In this document: positions 47,000 to 64,000 of the stretch, in pieces | How positions within the stretch are numbered: the first letter of the stretch is position 1 | Layout: each line of letters begins with the position of its first letter | Assembly: GCF_009914755.1 (NCBI RefSeq) | Contig: NC_060935.1 | Origin: the human T2T-CHM13v2.0 reference genome, Homo sapiens | DNA: 64,000 nucleotides | Direction: 5' to 3' (one strand) | Notes under the pieces: model-generated | Told to the model about the DNA's origin: nothing | The model's database searches: none | Seen by the model: only the letters and a program-made list of their open reading frames with translations | Translations under genes and position numbers: made by a program

Positions 47000-47310
47000 A
47001 GCATTGGGCAGCACTTCAGCACCATGTGTAGGGGCCAATTAAAACTGTGAAATCAGCAACAAAAACTTGAAAAACATGGCAGACTGTGAAAAGGACCCTT
47101 GTTCACAGTATGAGAGCTAAACAAGAGGACAGAGATTGCTTTCTTCGACCTCAGCTGGGAATGTGCATGTCAGGTGACTTAAACTCTTTGCCACACTGTA
47201 CACGTCCACAAATGACTGCTGAACTACCTTGAGTATTAATTCCGGAGTTACAAATAAATTCTAGTGACTAAGCAAATTCACAAATACAGAATATGTGAAT
47301 AATGAGGATT
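47000..47310. mobile_element. Tigger2-like fragment
   Basis: ...GCAAATTCACAAATACAGAATATGTGAATAATGAGGAT terminus. Confidence 0.55.
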
Positions 47311-47404
47311 AACCCTAGTTAAGGTCAAAGTATTTCAGAAACTATTCAAAAGTGTATCTGTGACTTGGTTAATCATTTAGTATCAACTTTAGGTCAACAA
47401 CTAA

Positions 47405-47677
<273 letters not shown>

Positions 47678-47843
47678 TGATCTGCCTGCCTCAGCCTCCA
47701 AAGTGCTGGGAGGCATGAGCCACCGTGCCAAGCCAGAAACACTACGAACTTTTATACAGTGAAGACGGTGGGAAAATTGATGAAATCATCTGTTTTACTG
47801 GGACTCGAGAGATAATATTCAACAGCAGAAGCCTACTTCTTAC

Positions 47844-47972
47844 CCTGGAGAAAAGTGTGTTGAGGCAGTGTACTTTTTGGCGCTCAGTTACATATGCGTA
47901 GTACTGGGTTACTCCCTTCAGAGTTAGTTCCTCCATCAGGTTAATCTCATAGGGTTTCTGCAAATGGGAATT
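47844..47972 (-). CDS. DDX6: DDX6 coding exon (inter-RecA linker)
   Basis: [43 protein letters not shown]; canonical splice sites; 129 nt. Confidence 0.96.
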
Positions 47973-47998
47973 CTGGGGGGGGAGCGGGAAAAAGATGA

Positions 47999-48408
<410 letters not shown>

Positions 48409-48478
48409 TGAGCCACCATGCCCGACCCGATAGAAATAAATTAAGATATAAGATCTCAAAAATGCAGCTAAGTTACTA

Positions 48479-48695
48479 CAGGTTGAGTATTCCTTACCCA
48501 AAATGCTTAGGAACAGAAGTGTTTCAGGTTTTAAATTTTTTCTAATTTTGGAATATGTGCATTACACTTAGTGACTGAGCATCCTTAATTTGAAAATTCA
48601 AAATCCAAAGAACATTTCCTTTTAGCATCATGTTCGTGGCTCAAAAGGTTTCAAATTCTGCAGTATTTTGGATTTCAGTTTAGGATACTCAAGCT
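48479..48695. mobile_element. Tigger4a (MER46/Zombi) MITE
   Basis: TA|CAGGTTGAGTATTCCTTACCCAAAATGCTT...GGATACTCAA inverted termini. Confidence 0.75.
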
Positions 48696-48946
48696 CTGTT
48701 TTGTATATAGAATAATACCGGAATCAATTCAGCTAGCACCAATGGCTATGTCATCATGACACCAAAAACTAAGTGAAAGATGAGGAATTTAATTAAGTTA
48801 CTATTACAACCTTCTTAAAAAGTCAGTTAATTTACGTAAAACAAATCTTTAATTGATCAACTGAAGAAAGAGCCAAAGGCTTGAAATAATTAGCATAAAG
48901 TATATTCACAGATATGAAGATGTAATTACAAATAAAAGCATACTCA

Positions 48947-49138
<192 letters not shown>

Positions 49139-49597
49139 TTAAAAACAATAAAATAATGTCTAAGGTCTTGGTTAATACATGGTCAAAGAATAAGGCATCA
49201 TCCAACAAAAGCATCCATGAAATGTTCCTGGTGGAAAACAATAAATTCTCTCCAACACTGCAGAGAGTCAAATATGCAGAAGGGGGCAAAATCTATAATC
49301 CCCATCTTCTAGGGGAAAAAAAAAATTCTACACTACACAGACAACCTCCCCCGCTTTCTGTAACAGAATTTAATTAATTTATTTATTTTTAGAGACAGCA
49401 TTTCACTCTGTCACCCAGCTGGAGTGCAGTGGCATAATCGTATCTCACTGCAGCCTGAACTTCCTGGGCTCAAGTGATCCTCTTGCCTGAGCCTACTGAG
49501 TAGCTAGGACTACAGGCACATACCTCCATGCCCAGCTCCACAACAGAATTTTAATGTGATGATTCTCATTAAAGAGGTAGTATGGTGTAGTGTTTAA

Positions 49598-49992
<395 letters not shown>

Positions 49993-50454
49993 TGAGGTCA
50001 GGAGTTCAAGACAAGACTGGTTGATATGGTGAAACCCTGTCTCTACTAAAAATACAAAAATTAGCTGTGCACAGTGGCAAGCGCCTGTAATTCCAACTAC
50101 TCAGGAGGCTGAGGCAGAAGAACTGCTTGAACCTGGGAGATGGAGGTTGCAGTTGAGCTGAGATCGCACCACTGCACTCCAGCCTGGGCAACAGAGCAAG
50201 ACTCTGTCTCAAAAAAAAGTACAGGTTCTGGAGCTAAACTGCCAGGTTGAAATCTTGCCTCCTTCATTTCTCAGCTGTGTGGGAATGTTACAGAACTACT
50301 CTGTACTTCAGTTTCCACAACTCTAAAATTGTAAAACTATTAAAATTTGGATGTTTACATAATGTAGTAACTACTTTACCGGGATTTAGAAAAAACTTGG
50401 CTAAGGCCAGGTGTGGTGGCTCACGCCTGTAATCCCAGCACTCTGGGAGGCTTA

Positions 50455-50727
<273 letters not shown>

Positions 50728-51432
50728 TTATCCAGCCACTCCTCTTCTTAAAAATTAAACCTAAACTCTGGCATCTATAAGACAAAAAGCTGAATTCCTA
50801 TGAATGCCTATCTATTGCATCTGAAGTATAAAACGTATTTTATAAGCAAATTAGAAGTTGGATGTCTACATACTATAGTAACTACTTGACAGGATACCTA
50901 CCTTATAGGTTTCTTGTAAAAATTAAATGGAAAAAAAAAAAAAAAAACAAACCATGTAAAGCACTTAGTGCTGGTACCCAGTGATTAATAAATGTTCTCT
51001 CTCATTACTTAAAGATAAAAGTCTGATTTGAATTAAATCATGTTACCTAAAACACAAACCAGGCCGGGCGTGGTGGCTCATGCCTGTAATCCCAGCAATT
51101 TGGGAGGCTGAGGCAGTAGGATCACCTGAGGTCAGGAGTTCGAGACTAGCCTGGCCAACATTGCAAAACCGCGCCTCTACTAAAAATACAAGAATTAGCT
51201 GAGCGTGGGTGGTACATAATTGTAATCTCAGCTACTCAGAAGGCTGAGGCATAAGAATCACTTGAAGCGGGGAGGCAGAGGTTGTAGTGAGCCGAGATCA
51301 CGCCACTGCACTCCAGTCTGGGTGACAGAGTGAGTCTGTCTCAAAAAAAAAAAAATAATAATAATAATAATAAAACACAAACCAAATGTGAAAATAACCT
51401 CATGTCAAAACATTAACAACGCTGATACACTA

Positions 51433-51810
51433 TAGATCCTCCTTGACTTACAATGGGATTATGTTCTGATAAATTCATCCTAAGTTGAAAATATTACCCA
51501 AACCTACTGAACATCATCGCTCAGCCTAGCCTCCTTTAAACATGCTCCACTTACCTTAGCTTACAGTTGGGCAAAATCACCTGACAACGCCGTATACTGT
51601 AGAGTATCGGCTGTCTGCCCTCAATCATCATGTGGCTGACTGGGAGCTGCAGTTTGCTGCTGATGCCCAGCATCATGGGAGTATCATATAGCATATTACT
51701 AACCAGGAAAAATATCAATCTTAAAAATTCAAAGTACAGTTTCTAATGAAAGCTTATCACTTCCACTGAAAAACTGTAAAGTGAACCATCTTAAGTCAGG
51801 GACCATCTGT
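51433..51810. mobile_element. MER82-like Tigger MITE
   Basis: GATCCTCCTTGACTTACAATGGG...CTTAAGTCAGGGACCATCTGTA inverted termini. Confidence 0.65.
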
Positions 51811-52213
51811 ACATGTACAAAACATGGCTAGATCCCAGGACTACAGATTTTAATAAGTTTTTAAAAGGCATTTATAACATGGTGAGATAATACATGTAAC
51901 AGAGATTAAAAACCAAACAGTACAAAGTAGTATGCACAAAATGAGAAGAGACAATATATATTATATGCTTTTAAAAATTAATCACAGAGCAGAAAGAGAC
52001 TTAGAATAAATTTGGCATTGAGGTTATTCACTCCTCTACTAAAAAATTAAAACCTAATGTCTGCTATCTCTAAGAAAAAGACAAAATGCTGAATTCCAAT
52101 GAATGCCTATAATCTACTCCCTCTGACGGGTAAAACACATTTTATAAGCAAATTAATTTAAACTGATTGTTTATGTGTTTATTAGATCATAAACACAAGC
52201 AGCTTTTGCTTCA

Positions 52214-52405
<192 letters not shown>

Positions 52406-52451
52406 TCATTAATTTTAATTTGAGCAAAGAGGATAAAGGTTTATAATATTA

Positions 52452-52604
52452 CAGTCCTGAGCTGCTTAATGATAATTCTGAGAAATGCATTGCTATGTGA
52501 TGGTATAGCCTACTCCATTGTATAGCTCCATTATAATCTTATGGGAACACCGACATACGTGCAGTCCGTCACTGACCACAACATTGTTATGCAGCACATG
52601 ACTA
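52452..52604. mobile_element. Tigger3/MER47-like fragment
   Basis: CAGTC...TTCTGAGAAATGCATTG...GTTATGCAGCACATGACT. Confidence 0.6.
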
Positions 52605-52614
52605 TCTTTTATTA

Positions 52615-52797
<183 letters not shown>

Positions 52798-54273
52798 TCA
52801 GGAGGCTGAGGTAGGAGAATCGCTTGAACCCAGGAGGCAGACGTTGCAGTGAGCCGAGATCACACCACTGCACTCTAGCCAGAGCAACAGAGTAAGACTG
52901 TGTCTCAAATTAAAAAAAAAAAAAAAAAGAAAGAAAGAGAAGAAACACATTGTGTTATAGAGGTGGAAATAACACAAAAAGGCACAAAGATGTGTTTTAG
53001 GATAAAGACTTCCATTTCACCACAGGATGCTTAAAAAATATTTGTTTCACCTCTACATTGGGTGGGGTACAGCTTCCTAAATCACCTGCTGCTTTCAACA
53101 GTAGGCATACTTTCTTGTCTTAGGATAATTCTCAATTAATAGCAGAAGGCACACCAGACTTCTGACATAAGAGCAATGCCTCTAATCTAGAGCAGTGAGC
53201 CGAGTATTGTTAAAAGGATCAAACAAGATAATTTTTTAAAAACCTATGCAATACAAAGAATGTATCACATAATTATCATATATAATATTCTAACTAAAAT
53301 CAAGATATAATTTTATATGAGTGATCTCATTCTTGCTGTTTTGTTACCTTTTTCCACTCGGCAATGTATCATGAAACCTCTTCATGAAAATGAATACAGG
53401 TCAACTTTACTCTTTAATGACTATGTAGAATCCTATTCAGATTATACCTTAACGTATTTAGTTAGCCAATCTCCTTCTAAGTTGGTCCAATTTTTCGGCA
53501 CGACAAACCACCCCATAGCAAACAACTTTGTACCTACAGCCCTGCATTTACCCAACTTTTTTCTTCAGGAAAGATTCTTAAAAATATACATTTATGGCCG
53601 GGCACGGTGGCTCACGCCTGTAATCCCAGCACTTTGGGAGGCTGAGGCAGGTGGATCACGAGGTCAGGAGATCGAGACCATCCTGGCTAATACGGTGAAA
53701 CCCCGTCTCTACTAAAAACACAAAAATTTAGCCTGGCGTGGTAGCGGGAGCCTGTAATCCCAGCTATTCAGGAGACTGAGACAGGAGAATGGCCTGAACC
53801 TGGGAGGCGGAGATTGCAGTGAGTCAAGATTGCGCCTCTGCACTCCAGCCTGGGCAACAGAGCAAGACTCCATCTCCAAAAAAAAAAAAAATATACACAC
53901 ACACACACACATTATATATACATTTATAATTTTAAAATATACTCCCAAATTGCCCATGATAGAGATGTAAGTTTACACCCCCACATTTACAATGTAGCCT
54001 ATTTGTCCACAAACTCACATTATCGTCTACTAATACTTTTAGCTTTACCAATTAAACAGGTAAAATTATTATAAACTTGCTGTTTTACAATTACTAATAA
54101 AGTCAAATATCGTTTTCAATTATGGTAATTTGTCTTTTTCGCTTGAATGCAGTGGTCATTTCCTTTTCTTACTGCAGTATTTCTGTTCCTTAATTCTTAA
54201 AAACAATTTTTAATAATTTACTGAAATACTTGTGACTAAAATAACAGAGAGCTACACTACCTTTTAGTAATCA

Positions 54274-54483
<210 letters not shown>

Positions 54484-54937
54484 CTATACATCATTATTTA
54501 CAAAATTTAAGAAGCTATAGAAATACTGCGCCTTATGATGCAGTGGCTCACACCTGTAACTGCACCTTATGATGCAGTGGCTCACGCCTGTAATCCCAGC
54601 ACTCTGGGAGGCCAAGGTGGGCAGATCACCTGAGGTCAGGAGTTCGAGAGCAGCCTGACCAACATGGTGAAACCCCATCTGTACTAAAAATACAAAAATT
54701 ATCCAGGCGTGGTGGCACGCACCTGTAGTCCCACCTACTCAGGAGGCTGAGGCAGGAGAATCACTTGAACCCGGAGGCAGAGGCTGCAGTGAGGCAAGAT
54801 CGCGCCACTGCACTCCAGCCTGGGCGACAGAGTGAGACTCAGTCTCAAAAGAAAGAAAGAAAAAAAAAAAGGCCAGGCACGGTGGCTCACACCTACCTAT
54901 AATCCCAGCACTTTGGGAGGCCAAGGTGGGTGGATCA

Positions 54938-55181
<244 letters not shown>

Positions 55182-57295
55182 CTAGATACCGAGATGTATT
55201 AAAAAATTGGGCTGGGCAGCACAGTGAGTAACTCATGCCTAGAATCCCAGCACTTTTGGAGGCTGAGGCAGGAGGATCGTTTGAGCTCAGGAGTTTAAGA
55301 CCAGCCTGGGCAACATAGCAAGACCCCATCTCTACTAAAAAAAAAAATGAAAAAAATTAGCTGGGAATGGTGGCATGTGCCTATAGTCTCAGCTTCTGGG
55401 GAGGCTGAGGCAGGAGGATCACATCAGCCTGGGAGATTAAGACTGCATTAAGCTATGATCATGACACCACACTCCAGAATGGGTGACACAGCAAGACTCT
55501 GTCTCCCCCGCCAAAAAAATTAAGAAATAAAAATAAAAAGTTGAATCATTACACAGGACATTATGAAAACTCAAATGTACAAATCTCTTTATGAAAAGAG
55601 AACCTATTATAGTGTCCCAGATTTAGACTCTCCCTCAGCAATACTATTATATAAATATTAAACTCTTCCTCTTCTTTTTTTTGAGATGGAGTCTTGCTCT
55701 GTTGTCCAGGCTGAAGTGCAGTGGCTGCCATCTCGGCCCACTGCAACCTCTGCCTCCCAGGTTCAAGCAATTCTCCTGCCTCAGCCTACTGAGTAACCGC
55801 CACCACACCCAGCTAATTTTTTGTATTTTTAGTAGAGACGGGGTTTCATCATGTTGGCCCAGCTGGTCTCAAACCCCTGACCTCAAGCAATCCTCCTGCC
55901 TTGGCCTCCCAAAGTGCTGGGATTACAGGTGTGAGTCACTGCACCTGGCCTTCTGCTGCTGCTGCTTCTTCGTTTTGAGACAGAGTCTCGCTCTGTTACC
56001 CAGGCTGGAGTGCAGTGACATGATCTTGGCTGACTGCAACCTCCACCTCCCAGGTTCAAGCAATTCTCCTGCCTCAGCCTCCTTGAGTAGCTGGGACTAC
56101 AGGCACATGTCACCACACCCAGCTAATTTTTGTATTTTTAGTAGAGACAGGGTTTTACCATGTTAGCGAGGCTGGTCTTGAACTCCTGACCTCAGGTGAT
56201 CTGCCTTGCCTCGGCCTCCCGAAGTGCTGGGATTACAGGCGTGAGCCACCACACCCAGCCAATACTGTTCTTAATTACAAACTTTCAGCATGTTGAGTTC
56301 GCAACTATTAGCTCAAAGTTTATTAACAATATTTCTAAAAGCCCCAACTACATTTGAGTCAGATTCACTGTGTAAAATACCTAGGTAGGAAACTCCTGCT
56401 ACCTAGGCTCTATTTACATCATATGAAAGTGGGAAGAAAAGATAATTACAGATCACGAAAGCTAAAAATGTAAAGTTTCAGAGATGAAATCTTAATTCCA
56501 TTAACTTACATTGAATATAACTATGAAAATTTTTTATTCCCCACTGCCTAGGCTCTTAAAATCCCAAAATCCACAGCCTTTAAACAGAAGTTCATGTTTC
56601 TACAAGGAATTCTGTTAACACTCATCTGCCACAAGAAATAGTTCCATAGTTTATAAGTAGCAATGTCAACTAATTTAACTTCTCATGACCTCAGCCGCCT
56701 TTTTTTTTTTTTTTTTTTTTTTTTGAGTTGAGAGTCTCACTCTGTCACCCAGGCTGGAGTGCAGTGGCACAATCTTGGCTCACTGCAACCTCCACCTCCT
56801 GGGTTCCAGTGACTCTCGTGCCTCAGACTTCTGAGTAGCTGGGATTACAGTTGTGCGCCACCATGCCCAGCTAATTTTTGCATTTTTAGTAGAGACAGGG
56901 TTTCGCAATGTTGGCCAGGCTGGTCTTAAATATCTGGCCTCAGGTGATCCACCCACTTTGACCTCCCAAAGTGCTGGGATTACAGGCTGTGAGGCACCGT
57001 GCCCAGCCTCAGCTTTCCTACCTATAGGGCACTAATACTTATTTTTCCTGTCTCACTGGAATGCTGTCACAAGTGTGTATCATATAAGAATACTCTTAAA
57101 ACTAGAAATCTCTAAAAAGCTGGGAATCATTTTTAATAAAAAGACCATCATCAGGCTAAAAAAAGAAAAAACCTGAAAAGAAAGAATACAAATTTTAGAT
57201 AATGTAAATTCTGACTAAAAAAAGAGTATCTTCTACACATGGCTCCAAGGCTGAAACTCCCATTTTTAGTTTAAAAACAAACTTTTATTCAACTA

Positions 57296-57427
<132 letters not shown>

Positions 57428-58741
57428 CTAAAAGAGATAAGACAATACAAAATTACTTCTGAATGTAGTACACAAGCAAATTCCTCTCTGAAATACACTG
57501 AAGGATACCTCTTTCGGTATTGCTTTAAGTGTCCTAAGTATCCTACATTTGAATTCTACATGAATAGCAGAGATCCAAGTAAATCAGCACGACCAGTCAA
57601 CATCAACATCATTATAAACCAGTATTTACCAGAACTGCTCACAGAATTTTAAATTGTAACCCAATGTCATAAGAACTGTGTTATGTGTGTATCTGAAGAG
57701 AACAACAAAGAAAATGGAGGAACTCAGGCTGACCCATAAATAGCACTTGAAAATACAGACAAAACAAAAGCAAAGCCTCCTTCAAATAAAAATTGGAAAA
57801 ATGGCCAGGCACAGCAGCTCATGCCTGTAGTCCCAGCACACTGGGAGGCAGAAGTGGGGGATCACTTGAGCCCAGGAGTTCAACACCAGCCCGGGCAACT
57901 AGGCAACATGGAAAAACCCCAACTCTACAAAAATTACAGAAAGTAGCTGGGTGTGGTGGTGGGTGTCCATAAACCTTGAGAGGCTGAGCCAGGAGGTCAA
58001 GGGTGAAGTGAGCCATGATTGCACCACTGTACTCCAGCATGAAAGAGACCTCGTCTCATCTCAAAAAAAAAAAAAAAAAAAAAAGGCTAGATACAGTGGC
58101 TCACATCTGTAATCCCACCATTATGGGAGGCCAAAGCAAAACGATCACTTGAGCCCAGGAGTTTGAGAACAGCTTAGGCAAAATGGTGAGACCCCATCTC
58201 TACAAAAATTTTTAAAGGAAAAAACAAAAACAATTCCAAGGTAAGACTATATATATTTTGAGACTAGCACACCAATTTGACCACAGTGAAAAATTGTAGC
58301 TTGGACACCTCATCCCTGCAACAAAACACGAATAGGCTGGGAAAGTTTAACCTCAGGTCCTATTTGTCATTTATTTATATAATAAGTAAATCTCCAATGT
58401 CTGTCCCACAGCCTACTTCTCTGTTCTGTAATGTGCTCTCTATTGAAGGTTCAATTCTATTGCAGCTACCTCAAATACGGTCACATCACTAAAGGTGACC
58501 TCTCATTTTAATATTTGGCTTACTTTGTTATCTATTTTGCAAATAATAACAGTAGTTCATACTAACTTAAATTTCCCAGACAACAGCAAAGGATTCCCAA
58601 AAGTTACTTAAAAATAAATAGACATATACAAAGAGAGGTCAGGAGTTCAAGAACAGCCTGGGCAACATGGCAAGCACCCCCACTCTTTGCAAAAACAAAA
58701 CAAACAACAACAACAAACTATAAAATACAATAGATCGTTGA

Positions 58742-58903
<162 letters not shown>

Positions 58904-59241
58904 TGAGTAGCTGGGACTACAGGTGCCCGCCACCACACCCGGCTAATTTTTTTTTTGTATTTTTAGTAGAGACGGGGTTTCACCGTGTTAGCCAGGATGG
59001 TGTTGATCTCCTGACCTCGTGATCCACCCGCTTTGGCCTCCCAAAGTGCTGGGATTACAGGCGTGAGCCAGCGCGCCGGGCCATGATGTGGAATTTTAAT
59101 TTTTTTTCTTTTTTTTTTGAGACAGAGTTTCGCTCTTGTCACTCAGGCTGGAGTACAATGGTGCGATCTTGGCTCACTGCAACTTTCGCCTCCTGGTTCA
59201 GGCGATTCTCCTGCCTCAGCCTCCCGAGCAGCTTAGATTAA

Positions 59242-59517
<276 letters not shown>

Positions 59518-59612
59518 TAGCCCTTTAAAGCTGCTATTGGTAGAAATGACTAAATAAGCAGGATGACTTCCATCTCCCACGACAACACTCTTTCTACCTA
59601 GAGCTCCAATCA

Positions 59613-60087
<475 letters not shown>

Positions 60088-60869
60088 TTAAATTTCTTCC
60101 CTCATCACAGATAAGTGAACCATTATTTCCAGTTGTTCCAGAGGCTCCCATTACCCTGTCACCTCAGGTTTTCTCTTTTGTGGTTCTGTGGTGCCAGTAG
60201 TCTGTAGTTTTTAACAGGCTGCCTGCACACTACTCAGTTTTACAGTATTGAAAAAGTAAGATAGGTGGTCTCTGATGGTCTCATAACGACTTGCTGGGTC
60301 AGGTTCTTTAAAGTGTAAACCTTTTTTTCAATCAAGTGAGGCAGAACAGAATTAGACTAGAGGTATCCTAATCCCCCTTTTCAGTTCATCTTTTGACTGA
60401 CTTGATTAAGGCCATTGACTTCTATTCCTTTGCCCTCTTTGACAGGGATTATACCCTACAAAAACTGTTCAAGGATAAAGCTTTAACAAAGTACATGTGA
60501 TAGACTGTAAGTTAAGACACCCTGATATTTTGCCTTATATGATGGCCATTATGATTAACAGTCAGTGAATTCAGCACATCCACACTGCCTCTTACCAGTG
60601 TTTCTCAGGAAATAATGAAAAGCAAGAGAATTCAAGTCAAGTTCAAAAAGCTGTGAAATACAAGAGGAAATTATGAGGAACTGCCAGGGAGAAGGCAAAG
60701 GAGGAAGGAAACGAAAACTTTTTTTAAAACTTACTATGTGCTCAGCACAACTTTCAAGTTAGGTACTTTGTTTTACAACTGACAAAATGGATCCTAAACA
60801 GGATTAGTTTGCCCAAGGTCACAAAGCAAGAAATGCTTTAGCCAGTATTTGAACTTAGATCTGCACATA

Positions 60870-61730
60870 ACATGTAGGCAAGAAGTTGGAGAAAATGGAA
60901 CTCTCATACACTGCTAGTGGGAATGTACAGCTACGCTGGAAACCAGCCTTGCAGTTCCTCAAAAGGTTAAAAAGAGTTACCATATGAACTAGCAATTCTA
61001 GGTATACAGCGAAGAGAAATAAAAACATCTCCACACAAAAACCTGCACCTGAATTTTCATAGCAGCATTATCCTTAATAGCCAGTTCCTTCTATGTTTTT
61101 TTTTATAATAGTACAAACTTTATTCATAAATAAAACTTCATAAGGTTAAAGCAGGGTCAGTTCCTATTTTAAAAAGGGAACAGGGGAAGGCAGCCTGCTA
61201 TTTTATTTAAAATCACAAGTTAGGTTTTTCAGACGGATGACAGTTGAGATCATTAAATCCCCTTCCTACTTCTCAGATTTTCACAAAATAGCACATTAAA
61301 TCCTCAGTCCTTGGAAAACAACCCCAAATGTCTACCAACTGATGACTGGATAAATCAGAAGTAATAGAGCCATACAATAAAATATTATTCAGGAAAAAGG
61401 AATGGAATATTGATACAAGCTACAACACAGATGAACTCGGAAAACATTACGCTAAGTCAAAGAAGCCAGTCACAAAAAAAACACATACTATAGGATTCTA
61501 TTTATATGACATGTCCAGACTAGGCAAAGCTAGAATGACAGAAAGTATACCAGTGGTTGTTTAGGGGTGTGGGAAAATGAGGTGTGACTGCTAAAAGGGT
61601 TTCTTTTGTGGGACTGATCAAAATGTTCTAAAATTTATTGTGGTAATGGTTGCAGAACTCTAAATGCACTAAAAAGCATTAAATTGTATACTTTTGATGT
61701 GTGATGTCATTTATATCTCAATAAAGCTAT
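60870..61730 (+). mobile_element. Old L1M (L1MB-like) 3' end, interrupted at ~61084-61311
   Basis: GGAACTCTCATACACTGCTAGTGGGAATGTA, CATAGCAGCATTAT, AAGAAGCCAGTCACAAAA, terminal CTCAATAAAG. Confidence 0.75.
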
Positions 61731-62456
61731 TACCCCCAAAAAACAAAACCCCAAAAAACCAACCCCACAAGCTTAGGGCTGACATCTGCCACCTTAGGTC
61801 TCCAAATTCACATTCACTGTAACGTTTAGATAATGACTGAAGAGTATTTGTTGTGTTTTGGTTACTCTAGTATCCCTTTACTAAGTAACACCCCAATTTC
61901 CTTCTAAGGAATTACATATGCCCTGGTCTCCCCTGTCCCAACAGACCAAGCCTCACCAATTTTCTAAGCCAAGTGGTAGACACATAGCCCACACTGGGCC
62001 AGCGGAATGTTGCCTCCTAAGAATCTAAATTGTTATAGTGCATCCATTACAGCTTCCTAAGTCCTTCAGAGCTATCTCAATTCTTAGTCATTTCCAAGTA
62101 TGTTTCTCTAGCCTTCTCAATCTTGTGAATTCCCGTTATTTTTCCAATAAATTTCCTTTTGCTTAAGTTAGATCGAGTTGGTTTCTGATGCCTATAATTA
62201 AAGAATGGTTTATTTTCCAATCTCCTAGCATTGAGAGGCATTTTACAAAAGTGTGGTACCAACAAAAGCTCAACATCACCCAACTAGCTGCATTTACACT
62301 GACTGCTTCCTCTTATTTTCCAAACCTTAATTTCCAAGAGGGAAAAAAAACCTATGGTTAAAGGCCGGGCGCGGTGGCTCACGCCTGTAATCCCAACACT
62401 TTGGGAGGCCGAGGTGGGCAGACCATGAGGTCAGGAGATGGAGACCATCCTGGCTA

Positions 62457-62765
<309 letters not shown>

Positions 62766-64000
62766 TTATATCTCTAATTTAGGCTGGGGATGGTGGCTCA
62801 CACCTGTAATCTCAACCCTCTGCAAGGCTGAGGCAGGAGAACTGCTTGAGGCCAGGAGTTCAAGACCAGCCAGTGTGACAAACTGAGACTCTGTCTCCCC
62901 GACCCCACCCAAAAAGAAAACAAAACAAAACACACACCAAAAAAAAAAACAAAACAAACAAACAAAAAAAACCTTTGAGTTTTTAGGAAATATTTTTTTC
63001 AATCATGATAAACCGATTGTTAGCAGGAAGAATGACTTATTTACAGGATTCAGAATGCTATAATTCCTAACTATAAATAGTAAACTATTAATCCTCATTA
63101 GACCTTAGCTGACCTGGCACAAAATTTTGTTGCCAACAGTACGGAGCTTCCATGTTTCCCTCAATAATCAACTACTTCTCATTTCTTCACCTTCTTAGAG
63201 TTTCGAAAAAGTCTTCAAGAGGTGTTCCCAGGGTTTAGAAGCAACGAGAGAGGCCATCTTTCTCAATCATAACCCCAAAGTTAATATAAAGTTTCAAATA
63301 ATGCTAAGCAGACAAAAACAGTATATTCTTAAGCCTTCCAAAGAAGTCTAGGTTCCTATAAAGCTATACCTTTAGAATGGCAATTATTCTACTGGCCACA
63401 GCATCCAGACCTAGAACTGGTCACAGATGGCTCTAGAAATACGTTGTGGGAGCAATCTGTAGTATATCTGGTTCCAGCCTGTCAATGTAAAAGCTCTTTT
63501 GAGAGCATATAATTTTAAGTGCCTAATTCTCTAACAGTCTTTTTTTTTTTTTTTTTTTTGTGAGACAGGGTCTTGCTCTGTTGCCCAGGATGGAGTGCAG
63601 TGACACAATCCTGGCTCACTTACAGCCTCAACCTCCTGAACATCTAAGACTACATGTCCCCCATGCCCAGCTAATTTTTGTACAGTCAGGGTTTTGTCAT
63701 GTTGTTTAGGCTGGTTTTGAACCCCTGGACTCAAGCAATCCACCCACCTTGGCTTCCCAAAGTGCTGGGATTATAGGCATGAGCCACTGCACCCAGCCAA
63801 TTCTCCAAATCTCACAGCCAAACTGCAACTAAATTCCATCTCAAACAAATATTCAAATGCAGAAGACTCACCCATCTAATCAAGGCAGTTTTAATATTTA
63901 GGGGAAAAAAAATGCCTGGATAAAACTGTAAAACCAAGCATGATAGAAGAGATACTTTTAGGAATGGGGGAGGGATGACAAAAATAAAACGAGAAGGTAG

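Noticed and set aside
63050-63520. Repeat-free intronic stretch as a possible extra DDX6 exon
   Set aside because: No DDX6-like translation and no convincing splice-site pair identified

Overview
Primate, almost certainly human, genomic DNA that is very Alu-rich. The right half (~36.8-64 kb) holds the 3' two-thirds of the DEAD-box helicase gene DDX6 on the minus strand: nine coding exons (360 aa, from EESIPIAL to the C-terminal EDEKP*), an intron 7 nt after the stop codon, and a ~4.3 kb terminal 3'UTR exon. The left half is a stack of endogenous retroviruses. A 9160-bp type-1 HERV-K(HML-2) provirus (10087-19246, minus) sits in the gag region of a ~5.7-kb deleted HERV-H provirus (6104-20927, minus). 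The HERV-H sits at the head of an Alu inside a MER4-group LTR, which is itself inside a MER39-like LTR. From memory this matches the 11q23.3 HML-2 locus (HERV-K37/ERVK-20); I have not verified that. HML-2 gag, pro, pol and env are all disrupted, but a complete spliced 74-aa Np9 ORF and all splice sites needed for it are intact. The window also contains MER41 LTRs with GAS motifs, THE1, an ERVL/LTR41-like relic, L1 fragments and DNA-transposon fossils. I found no wholly new gene system. The best leads are the co-oriented HERV-H/HML-2 nest (possible LTR7-driven Np9), the mismatch between near-identical HML-2 LTRs and a decayed interior, and regulatory architecture in the DDX6 3' end. Repeat subfamily names come from recognition of consensus features and need Dfam/RepeatMasker confirmation.
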